NCBI GenBank assembly: GCA_965219535.1
Contig: CBDCNV010000002.1
Span: 1,380,001 to 1,412,000 of the forward strand
Direction of reading: 5' to 3'
DNA: 32,000 nt
DNA from: Opitutales bacterium
Lineage (GTDB): Bacteria; Verrucomicrobiota; Verrucomicrobiia; Opitutales; PNEW01
The notes under the pieces are model-generated. The model ran no database searches and was not told the origin of the DNA. It saw only the letters and a program-made list of their open reading frames with translations. A program made the translations under genes and the position numbers. Shown piece after piece: positions 16,505-23,446 of this stretch; position 1 is the first letter of the stretch, and the number at the start of each line of letters is the position of its first letter.

Positions 16505-17953
16505 ATGATAATCAAAAACAATCCGGAATGCGTCAGTGCCGATCAGGTGGTTCTCTTCCCTTTCGACGACTACAGTATTCCGTTTCAGCATGGCGTCCGC
16601 TTGCATTTGGTCAGGTATAAAGCTGCGGTTGATCATACGAGGATCGTTGTGAAGCCCGGTCCTCCCGGCTCACCGGACTGCGGCGGTGTTATCTATTATG
16701 GAACGGTCCATCGCGTGAGCGATGAACTCTGGATGTGGTACCTCGGGCAGGGTGAGGATGGGCCCTGGCTGGAACGGACGTGTCTGGCGAAAAGTCGCGA
16801 TGGATACAACTGGGAGAAACCTGAACTCGGCCTTGTGGAATACAAGGGTTCAACGCGCAACAACCTGGTGAATATGCTGGACGGACAATATCACATTAAG
16901 GCGTGCGTGGTCTATTATGAACCGGATGATCCTGATCCTTCGCGTAGATTTAAGGCCGTTATCGAAACCACTAAGTACCCAACGCAATTTACCGTCGCGT
17001 TTAGTGAAGACGGCTTGCAGTGGAATGAAGCTGAGCGCCCGCCGGAGGTCCCTGCTTGCGAGATGTCGGGCGGCACTAAGTTCAACGGCTGCTATTACCT
17101 GAGCGGCCATGGTGGCAGGCATTTCGGTTCCTTGCGGCAGCTGGTGATGTTTACGTCGTACGATTTCGAACATTGGATAGAAGCTTCCTGCCTGGGTTTC
17201 CGTCGCGAAAATATTCCCCCCAGACCGATGGTCTACGGAGACCACCAGGGGGAGCAAGTGCACCTGGGCGCGTCTCTGTGGAATCGTGGGAATGTGATTA
17301 TCGGCTTCTACGGTCAGTGGCACGGTCCCGATAATGACGACCGCCGGCACGTTGAGATGGATCTTGGTCTGGTTATCAGCAACGACGCGTTGCACTATCG
17401 TGAACCGATTCCGGATTTTCGCATTGTAGAGGCGGGTGAAGACGATTTTGAACATCTCCCCACACCGATGAATTTTAAACACGCGGGTCTCGTGCAGGGA
17501 CAGGGCTTCGAAAATGTGGGCGATGAGACACTGTTCTGGTACGCGCCCTGGCCGGAGCAGTTGAGTAATGGTGTCCGTGTGGCCAGCTGGAAGCGCGATC
17601 GCCTCGGCTACTTCCAGGCCTCTGACCTGAAGTTGAAATCGGCTCAGCCACGACACGTGATTTCGGCTCCGATCGACCTCGAGGGACAGCCCGGCCGAGT
17701 ATCCTTGAATGTCGACGGCTTGTCTGAACACGCTCAGATAACAGTAGATATTTTAGATGAGCGTTTTCAACCAGTGGAAGGGTACTCTAGAGAGGACTGT
17801 GCTCCACTCGAGTCGGGGTTTGATCAGGCAGTGAAATGGAAAAACCATGACCGAATCGAAAATGTAGATGGAGCCATTAGGCTTCGACTCAATTTCGTCG
17901 GCATTCGTCCCGAAGATCCAAAGCTCTACGCGATTTATTTGAAGAGCGCTTAA
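16505..17953 (+). CDS. Asp-box-containing beta-propeller protein, glycoside-hydrolase-like; function unknown; no signal peptide
   Basis: 482-aa ORF with the Asp-box-like motifs SRDGYNWEKP and SEDGLQWNE, plus WMWYLGQGEDG. It sits in the same relative position as 4719..5765 in the paralogous cassette. Confidence 0.55.
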   Translation: MIIKNNPECVSADQVVLFPFDDYSIPFQHGVRLHLVRYKAAVDHTRIVVKPGPPGSPDCGGVIYYGTVHRVSDELWMWYLGQGEDGPWLERTCLAKSRDGYNWEKPELGLVEYKGSTRNNLVNMLDGQYHIKACVVYYEPDDPDPSRRFKAVIETTKYPTQFTVAFSEDGLQWNEAERPPEVPACEMSGGTKFNGCYYLSGHGGRHFGSLRQLVMFTSYDFEHWIEASCLGFRRENIPPRPMVYGDHQGEQVHLGASLWNRGNVIIGFYGQWHGPDNDDRRHVEMDLGLVISNDALHYREPIPDFRIVEAGEDDFEHLPTPMNFKHAGLVQGQGFENVGDETLFWYAPWPEQLSNGVRVASWKRDRLGYFQASDLKLKSAQPRHVISAPIDLEGQPGRVSLNVDGLSEHAQITVDILDERFQPVEGYSREDCAPLESGFDQAVKWKNHDRIENVDGAIRLRLNFVGIRPEDPKLYAIYLKSA

Positions 17954-17990
17954 GCGCTCTAGTCGAAGGTCAAAGGTCGAAAGTCGAAAG
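17943..17990. repeat. Perfect 18-nt palindrome AGAGCGCTTAAGCGCTCT with the TAA stop of 16505..17953 at its centre, followed by a (GTCGAAA/GGTCAAA) array
   Basis: Read directly. The array is AGTCGAAGGTCAAAGGTCGAAAGTCGAAAGC. Confidence 0.85.
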
Positions 17991-18047
17991 CGGGAGAAAG
18001 ACCAGTTAACATTTTGGGAGTGACTAATTATTGCAGATTTATTCACC

Positions 18048-18175
18048 TTGTCATCGCGAGGCTGCTTGTCAACCGTGGCTACCAAGCGCAGCGACATCTT
18101 CCATTCCAGGGGAATGTCGATTGCGAAAAGTTAGCCCCCTGGATTGCTTCGTCACGTTGCTCCTCGCAATGACAA
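18048..18175. repeat. Nested inverted repeats: outer TTGTCATCGCGAGG / CCTCGCAATGACAA, inner CGACAT...ATGTCG and CCAGGGG...CCCCCTGG
   Basis: Outer arms 18048-18061 and 18162-18175 (13/14 complementary). Inner arms 18092-18097/18114-18119 and 18106-18112/18135-18142. It also contains a CGACATCTTCCA copy. Confidence 0.7.
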
Positions 18176-18210
18176 AAAAATTATACAGCCTTCCAAATCC
18201 CTAATCAAAA

Positions 18211-19464
18211 ATGGCATCCTCACTCCACGACCTGACCGCTGCCCCGCACGAGGTGGGAATGTCAGCAGAGGGTCTGGAGCGGATCACCGTGACAGCGCAA
18301 AAGTTTATCGATGACGAGCAGCTCGCCGGTGCGGTTACGATTGTGGCGCGGCGCGGTAAGGTCGCGCACTTCGAGGCATTCGGGATGATGGACATCGAAG
18401 CGGACAAACCGATGCAGAGAGATACCATCTTTCGTATCTATTCGATGTCCAAGCCGACCGCGGCGGTGGGAGTAATGATGCTGTGTGAGGAGGGAAAGTT
18501 GGAGCTCGACGCACCGGCTTCGAAGTACATGCCCGAATTCCGCGATATGAAAGTGATCGTGGACCCCGATGCCGACGAAGTTGAAGTAGTGGATGCAGAG
18601 CGTGAAATGACCGTCCGCGATCTGCTGCGGCACAGTTCCGGACTACCTGGCGCCGCTCTTTACTTGAAAAACAAATCGGCCCTCGGGGTGCTCTATCGTC
18701 AGGCCGGTCTGGACCTATTCCACGAAGGCGATCTGCAGGATATGGTCGAAAAGCTGGGGACGATTCCACTGCTCTATCAACCGGGAACAAAATGGCATTA
18801 CAGTATCGCTGCCGATGTTCTGGGACGATTGATAGAAATTATTTCTGGTCTGTCGTTCGACACGTTCCTGGCCGAACGTATTTTTAAACCATTGGGCATG
18901 GTGGATACCGCGTTTTTCGTACCGGCTGAGAAAATCGATCGGCTCTCCGGCATGTACGGTCCATCGCCGGGCGGTGGTCTGCAAAGTGTCGATGCTCCAG
19001 CTGGAGGCACCGATAACTACTCCCCTACCAATTTTATAGAATTGCCGAAGTTCCTCTCTGCAGGTGGTGGACTGGTTTCGACGGCCGCCGATTTCATGCG
19101 CTTCTGTTTGATGCTCTCGAATAAAGGTATACTGGCTGGAAATAGAATCCTTAAAACGGAGTCCGTCGAAGAGATGACGCGCAATCAATTACCGGAACAC
19201 TTGATACCGATCGATAAGAAACCGGAGGACCGCTACTCAGGGTTGGGCTTTGGGCTCGGGTTCTCGGTTCGCGTCTATCAAACCGACTGGGTGCCGGCTT
19301 CCCAGGTAGGTGAATACGGATGGATAGGCGGGACCAGCACCGAGTTCTGGATCTCCCCACGCGATGAACTGGTGACTATCATTCTCCCCCAATACATACC
19401 TTTCTCCAAGCTAAGCGAAACCGTTAAGCCGCTCGTTTACGCAGCGGTAGCTGAGCTAAGGTAA
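18211..19464 (+). CDS. Serine hydrolase of the beta-lactamase/transpeptidase fold (class C / S12-peptidase / EstB-like)
   Basis: 417-aa ORF with the SxxK motif in FRIYSMSKPTAAV, then WHYSIAADVLG (Tyr motif region) and a family-typical length. Confidence 0.85.
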   Translation: MASSLHDLTAAPHEVGMSAEGLERITVTAQKFIDDEQLAGAVTIVARRGKVAHFEAFGMMDIEADKPMQRDTIFRIYSMSKPTAAVGVMMLCEEGKLELDAPASKYMPEFRDMKVIVDPDADEVEVVDAEREMTVRDLLRHSSGLPGAALYLKNKSALGVLYRQAGLDLFHEGDLQDMVEKLGTIPLLYQPGTKWHYSIAADVLGRLIEIISGLSFDTFLAERIFKPLGMVDTAFFVPAEKIDRLSGMYGPSPGGGLQSVDAPAGGTDNYSPTNFIELPKFLSAGGGLVSTAADFMRFCLMLSNKGILAGNRILKTESVEEMTRNQLPEHLIPIDKKPEDRYSGLGFGLGFSVRVYQTDWVPASQVGEYGWIGGTSTEFWISPRDELVTIILPQYIPFSKLSETVKPLVYAAVAELR

Positions 19465-19466
19465 GC

Positions 19467-19497
19467 AGGGTTCGGGGTTCAGGGGGGATCAGGGTAG
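19467..19497. repeat. (GGGTTCR) array, G-rich on the + strand, starting 3 nt after the stop of 18211..19464
   Basis: AGGGTTCGGGGTTCAGGGGGGATCAGGGTAG: four G-runs of 3 or more, separated by 3-4 nt. Confidence 0.85.
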
Positions 19498-19601
19498 TAA
19501 TTGAAGTGTGAATGATTGGTGTGGGTAGGACAATTTCTGATCCGCCTTCGCCGAGCTATAGCGTGGTAAGTTGCTTATTAATCCTAACGGTGCTAATAAT
19601 T

Positions 19602-19671
19602 CTTACCTGAACCCTGAACCCTGAACCCTGAACCCTGAACCCTGAACCCTAACACGCGCGCCTCCGCGCGC
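19602..19671. repeat. CTTACC + (CTGAACC)6 + CTAACAC + hairpin GCGCGC-CTCC-GCGCGC, ending 1 nt from the stop of 19673..20503
   Basis: Six perfect heptamers at 19607-19648. Inverted relative to 19467-19497. Confidence 0.9.
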
Positions 19672-19672
19672 T

Positions 19673-20503
19673 CTACGCCCACACATAAATCTCTTCGTCG
19701 TCATCGGACATGGCGAAAAAAACGGCGAGAACGACACGTGCTCGCTCCCCCTTGGGTGCTGGTAATTCGTGCACTGTTTCCGAGCAGAAGACATAAAAGT
19801 CGCCCGGTTCGAGATTAACACTCACGCGTTCGATTCCCTGTTCTTCGGCATAGGTGCGGAAGTCTGACAGTTTGTCATTAATTTCCGGTGACCACTGCTG
19901 GCGATAGAGCAGGGTCTGGCCCTTTTCATCATCGAGAAGCGACTCCTGCATACAGAGGATGGCCGCGAACTGCTTATCGAAACGCGAGACCTGCATGTCG
20001 AGCAGTCGTGTCCGATCGCGCACGGAATCAAAGTGTGGTTTATGTCCCATGCCCTCGTAGTAGGTGCGAAAGATGGCCGGACCATAGAGCTGTCCGTCCG
20101 GTTCGCGCGCAACCATGACACGTTTGCCGGGTGCCATCTCCCCGATCCTCTTGTAGATAAAATCGACAGGATCATCGTACCCCTTAAAGAGCGAGGCGAA
20201 CAGTTCGCGTGTTTCTTCGGCGTGGGAAAAAAATTTCGCTTTATCCCTATGTCTCATCCCCAGGCTCGTGCCGATGTCGATGCGCGGTACCGGTTTACCT
20301 TTGAGATTTATCCTCGGATCGTAGAGCAGTCCGCGTTCATAGAATCGTTCGATCAATGCCGCACAGTGGTCTGCCTTGTAGGCACCGCGCATAATGAATG
20401 CTGGCACGTCCCCATCCCCCAATGTTTTAAGCGGCCGGGGATAGTCCTCGAGCAGGGTAGCCAGGTCAGTTTCAACCGAACGCCAGGGTGATGAAGTTTT
20501 CAT
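19673..20503 (-). CDS. Probable Fe(II)/2OG-dependent oxygenase (cupin/P4H-like); subfamily uncertain
   Basis: 276-aa ORF with an HxD candidate in GHKPHFDS, a distal His in SETVHELP and an Arg in RARVVLAVF. Confidence 0.55.
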   Translation of the reverse strand: MKTSSPWRSVETDLATLLEDYPRPLKTLGDGDVPAFIMRGAYKADHCAALIERFYERGLLYDPRINLKGKPVPRIDIGTSLGMRHRDKAKFFSHAEETRELFASLFKGYDDPVDFIYKRIGEMAPGKRVMVAREPDGQLYGPAIFRTYYEGMGHKPHFDSVRDRTRLLDMQVSRFDKQFAAILCMQESLLDDEKGQTLLYRQQWSPEINDKLSDFRTYAEEQGIERVSVNLEPGDFYVFCSETVHELPAPKGERARVVLAVFFAMSDDDEEIYVWA

Positions 20504-20520
20504 CGGGTAGAATAGATTAA

Positions 20521-20546
20521 GAGTCGAAAGTCGAAGGTCAAATGTC
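20521..20546. repeat. (GTCGAAA/GGTCAAA) array, 17 nt upstream (minus strand) of the ATG of 19673..20503
   Basis: GAGTCGAAAGTCGAAGGTCAAATGTC. Confidence 0.8.
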
Positions 20547-20575
20547 TAATGCAGGGAAATATAGAAAATAAATTT

Positions 20576-20650
20576 GGAACTCAGGAACTCAGGAAAAAAA
20601 GAAATACTTCTCATCTCCCACCTAAAACCTAACACTTAAAACTTAACACA
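20576..20650. repeat. (GGAACTCA)2 and a (CTAAAAC/TTAACAC) array in a divergent promoter region
   Basis: GGAACTCAGGAACTCAGG at 20576-20593. CACCTAAAACCTAACACTTAAAACTTAACAC at 20620-20650. Confidence 0.8.
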
Positions 20651-20682
20651 CGCATTAGCGCTTCTCTGCGGTGCATGGAAGT

Positions 20683-20754
20683 CATCATTTTTAATTTGGC
20701 TTTTACTATGTATGATGACATCATTTTTAATTTGGCTTTTACTATGTATGATGA
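20683..20754. repeat. Perfect tandem duplication of a 36-bp unit, ending 14 nt upstream of the ATG at 20769
   Basis: CATCATTTTTAATTTGGCTTTTACTATGTATGATGA x2. Each unit has CATCAT...ATGATG inverted ends. Confidence 0.9.
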
Positions 20755-20768
20755 ATATAAGGTAAAGA

Positions 20769-21638
20769 ATGGAGGGAGAAACATCGGTGTCTATCACGTC
20801 TAAAGAAAAAAGGGAGCAACTTATAAATGAAGGCTTCTGTGTCTTTGAAAATGTTCTCGAGCCCGAGATGGTTGATAAGCTGAATGCGATGAGTGAATGG
20901 ACAATCGCGCAGGAGGATCCCGCTCACTTCGAAGAGCGCCGTTCTCAGGGCTGTATCATTCCCTATTGGAAATTTCCTCATCCCGCTTTTACCGAACTTA
21001 TTGTCCATCCAAGCGCGCTCTCCGTTTTCGCTGAACTGGGATTTAACGACCCCAAAGTCTGGAGTGGCTTTGTGATCAGCAAACCGCCGCATGCCCCGCC
21101 ACTCTACTGGCACCAGGATGGCGTTATGTGGGGTCATCCGCTCAGCTTTACAAAAAAACCACAGCAGTATTTTATGATGTACTACCTCGTCGACACAAAC
21201 CGTCGGAATGGGTGTTTACGTGTGATTCCCGGTTCTCACTTAAAACGTCACGCCCTGCATGATGACAATCGAACGGCTCACGCACGCGACGAAGTAAGTA
21301 GCGCCTCCAATCTAGATCTTCCTTCCTTTCAACATGCCGAGGGTGAAATCGACGTCCCGGTAAAAGCCGGCGACGTGGTCATCGGTGATTCACGCCTGCT
21401 CCATTCCGCTCACGCTAATCAAACCGACCAGCGGCGAACCGTGCTCACGATCTGGTATTGGCCGGACTACGACAACTTACCCGAGGATGTCCAAAAGTTG
21501 ATCATCAAACATTATGTGGACAATTCTGATTGGTCCTCGTGGGTTGAAAAAACGCGGTCACTCACCGAGCCCGTGATACCGACCTGCGAAGGTGAATCAG
21601 AGGCCGCCACTTGGAACAACAACTGCATGTTGCCGTAG
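20769..21638 (+). CDS. PhyH-family Fe(II)/2OG dioxygenase
   Basis: 289-aa ORF with LYWHQDGVMWG (HxD), GCLRVIPGSHLKRH, SRLLHSAHAN and RRTVLTIWY. Confidence 0.85.
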   Translation: MEGETSVSITSKEKREQLINEGFCVFENVLEPEMVDKLNAMSEWTIAQEDPAHFEERRSQGCIIPYWKFPHPAFTELIVHPSALSVFAELGFNDPKVWSGFVISKPPHAPPLYWHQDGVMWGHPLSFTKKPQQYFMMYYLVDTNRRNGCLRVIPGSHLKRHALHDDNRTAHARDEVSSASNLDLPSFQHAEGEIDVPVKAGDVVIGDSRLLHSAHANQTDQRRTVLTIWYWPDYDNLPEDVQKLIIKHYVDNSDWSSWVEKTRSLTEPVIPTCEGESEAATWNNNCMLP

Positions 21639-21644
21639 ACCGTA

Positions 21645-21675
21645 GGTAATAGGGTTCAGGGTTCGGGGTTCAGGG
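21645..21675. repeat. GGTAA + (GGGTTCR) array, G-rich on the + strand, 7 nt after the stop of 20769..21638
   Basis: GGTAATAGGGTTCAGGGTTCGGGGTTCAGGG: four G-runs. Confidence 0.85.
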
Positions 21676-21767
21676 AACAAGCGCTACCGCGTGTCAAAAG
21701 GTCAACAACCGTCGCCAAGGCTATGGCCGTCAAGAAAGGTCAAAATGAGAAGAATACAGTGAACAGT

Positions 21768-21820
21768 GGGGGAGTTGCAGATTTATTATAATAGTGCTAA
21801 CTATTCTTACCTGAACCCTG
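21768..21820. repeat. Dispersed roughly 55-bp unit (copy 2), interrupted at its CTGAACC end by the IS
   Basis: GGGGAGTTGCAGATTTATTATAATAGTGCTAACTATTCTTACCTGAACCCTG, then the IS left end. Confidence 0.85.
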
Positions 21821-23195
21821 GGTATAGGTTCAAGACATTCTTTACACAAAAGGTTCAGGACATCCTTTACAGATTGCCAAAGAAAGAAGGATGCTAAGTA
21901 AGGGGTATGATGTCATGGAAGGAAACAAATAAAATGGACCAAAGATACCAATTCGCCCTGGAATCGATGCAACCGGGAGTAAAGATGAACGAGCTGTGTG
22001 AAGACTACGGGATCAGCCGACCGACAGGGTATAAATGGAAGAAGCGCTTCCTGAGCGAAGGGATGGAGGGGTTGCACGAGCGCTCACGCCGACCGCATGG
22101 AAGTGTTCAGGAACTATCCGAATCAGTAGTATGTACGCTGATCAAACTCAAGCATCATCACCCGACGTGGGGCCCCTACAAGATCCGCGAGCTTTACCAG
22201 AGGCGTTACGGGAAGGCCCCCTCAGACTCGAGCGTGAAACGGGTCTTGGAACGTGCGGGACTGGTGCAAAAGCGTCGGCGCAGAAGCGCTCAAAAAAGCG
22301 GACGCCTTTACCGCAGCGTCAAGGCCAGTGGCTGTAACGAAGTGTGGAGCGTAGACTTCAAAGGGTGGTGGCACACCGTTGATGGCAACCGTTGTGAACC
22401 TTTGACGGTACGGGATGAATGGAGCCGCTATGTATTAGAGGTGCGGGTGCTCAGTTCAGCCCGTAGCGAAGCGGTGCGTGAATGCTTCACAAAACTCTTT
22501 GAACGCTATGGACTTCCCGCTTGCATCCGCAGCGACAACGGCAGTCCCTTTGCCAGTGCCAATGCGGTCCTGGGCCTGAGCAAACTGGCGGCCTGGTGGC
22601 TGGCCTTAGGGATCAATCTCGAGCGTGGACGTCCGGGTAAACCCCAGGATAACGGTGCCCATGAGCGTCTCCATCGCGATATCAAAGAGGAGTTGCAAAA
22701 ACATGCCCAGGACGATCTTCGCACCCAACAGGTGGCCTTCGATCTGTGGCGCAAGACCTTCAATGAAGAACGCCCCCATGCGGCTCTTGCCATGAGCACG
22801 CCCTCTGAAATCTATCAGCACAGCTCTCATCCTTACGGTGGCACTCCTGCCGATATCAGCTATGATTTGATGACTCGCCGGGTCTCAAAAAGCGGGTCTA
22901 TCAAACTCGATGGCTTCCAGATTCCTATCTCCACCGCCCTCGCCGGTTGGAGCGTTGGACTAAAACCACTAGACACGGTACACTTCGATGTTTACTTTGC
23001 CACTCTCAGAATCGGTCAGATTGACCTTTCAACGGCTGCTTTCATTGGGGCCGCTTGCGGCCCCAACAATGCCAGCCAAACCTCTAAAACCGCATAACAT
23101 TAACTTAACTATATAACCCGATTACCGTTCAGCATCCCTCACAAAGTGTAAACCATGTCTTGATCTAAATCTGTAAACCATGTCCTGGTTGTACC
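21821..23195 (+). mobile_element. Complete IS481-family insertion sequence (about 1.37 kb)
   Basis: The right end is fixed by comparison with the copy at 1-588. The left end is inferred (+/- 3 nt) from the interruption of a host repeat (...CTTACCTGAACCCTG|GGTATAGG) and from imperfect terminal inverted repeats (GGTATAGGTTCAAGACAT... versus the reverse complement GGTACAACCAGGACAT...). A single transposase ORF lies inside. Confidence 0.85.
21907..23097 (+). CDS. IS481-family DDE transposase (N-terminal HTH + rve integrase core)
   Basis: 396-aa ORF. HTH region ELCEDYGISRPTGYKWKKRFLSEGMEGLHERSRRPHGS. DDE candidates in VWSVDFKG, IRSDNGSPF and QDNGAHERLH. Confidence 0.9.
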   Translation: MMSWKETNKMDQRYQFALESMQPGVKMNELCEDYGISRPTGYKWKKRFLSEGMEGLHERSRRPHGSVQELSESVVCTLIKLKHHHPTWGPYKIRELYQRRYGKAPSDSSVKRVLERAGLVQKRRRRSAQKSGRLYRSVKASGCNEVWSVDFKGWWHTVDGNRCEPLTVRDEWSRYVLEVRVLSSARSEAVRECFTKLFERYGLPACIRSDNGSPFASANAVLGLSKLAAWWLALGINLERGRPGKPQDNGAHERLHRDIKEELQKHAQDDLRTQQVAFDLWRKTFNEERPHAALAMSTPSEIYQHSSHPYGGTPADISYDLMTRRVSKSGSIKLDGFQIPISTALAGWSVGLKPLDTVHFDVYFATLRIGQIDLSTAAFIGAACGPNNASQTSKTA

Positions 23196-23198
23196 AAC

Positions 23199-23411
23199 CC
23201 GATACCTATACTCGATACCGATACCTCTAACCTAAAACTTAACCCGCGCTCCAGCGCTCTTTCACTGTTTACTGTTCACTGTTTACTGATTTCCCCCCGA
23301 CACCTGACACCGGACAACCAGAAGGCCGGCGGGCTGGAAGAGTTCAGGGTAGAAAATATGTCCACACAAGAATAGTATTCTCCTTCAACCGTGAACGGTG
23401 AACCTTGAACC
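23199..23411. repeat. Mosaic spacer: GATACC array, TAAAAC array, GCGC-TCCA-GCGC hairpin, inverted GTGAACA array, GACACC array, CCGGAAGG-type module, GTGAACG array
   Basis: 23199-23225, 23227-23243, 23246-23257, 23263-23288, 23298-23316, 23318-23340 and 23387-23411, all read directly. Confidence 0.8.
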
Positions 23412-23446
23412 TTTGTTCCCTGTGCGCAGCGAAGAAAACAGCTTAT

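Noticed and set aside
16850-17731. 293-aa antisense ORF inside 16505..17953. Similar long antisense or overlapping ORFs lie at 18262..18633, 18335..18790, 18715..19188, 27646..28227, 30393..30917, 31574..31996, 2109..2507, 6505..6990 and 11013..11411.
   Set aside because: Each lies fully within a CDS that has clear family motifs on the other strand or frame. Their translations are low-complexity (Arg/Ser/Pro-rich) with no recognisable domains. These are typical shadow ORFs.
19607-19648. Tandem arrays considered as CRISPR arrays
   Set aside because: The units are 7-8 nt with no unique spacers between them. CRISPR repeats are about 24-48 nt and alternate with spacers of similar length. No cas genes are present.
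19607-19655. (CCCTGAA)6 ending in CCCTAAC looks like a telomere repeat (compare CCCTAAA / CCCTAA)
   Set aside because: The array is internal, lies between two ordinary convergent bacterial genes, has an inverted partner 110 bp away, and belongs to the same module library as the other heptamers. The resemblance is most likely coincidental, apart from the shared G-quadruplex potential.
21814-23200. A clean target-site duplication and TG...CA termini for the IS
   Set aside because: AACCC occurs on both sides, but 2 nt away from the inferred left end. The right end fixed by the two-copy comparison is ...GTACC, not ...CA. The boundaries cannot be resolved without the left junction of the first copy.
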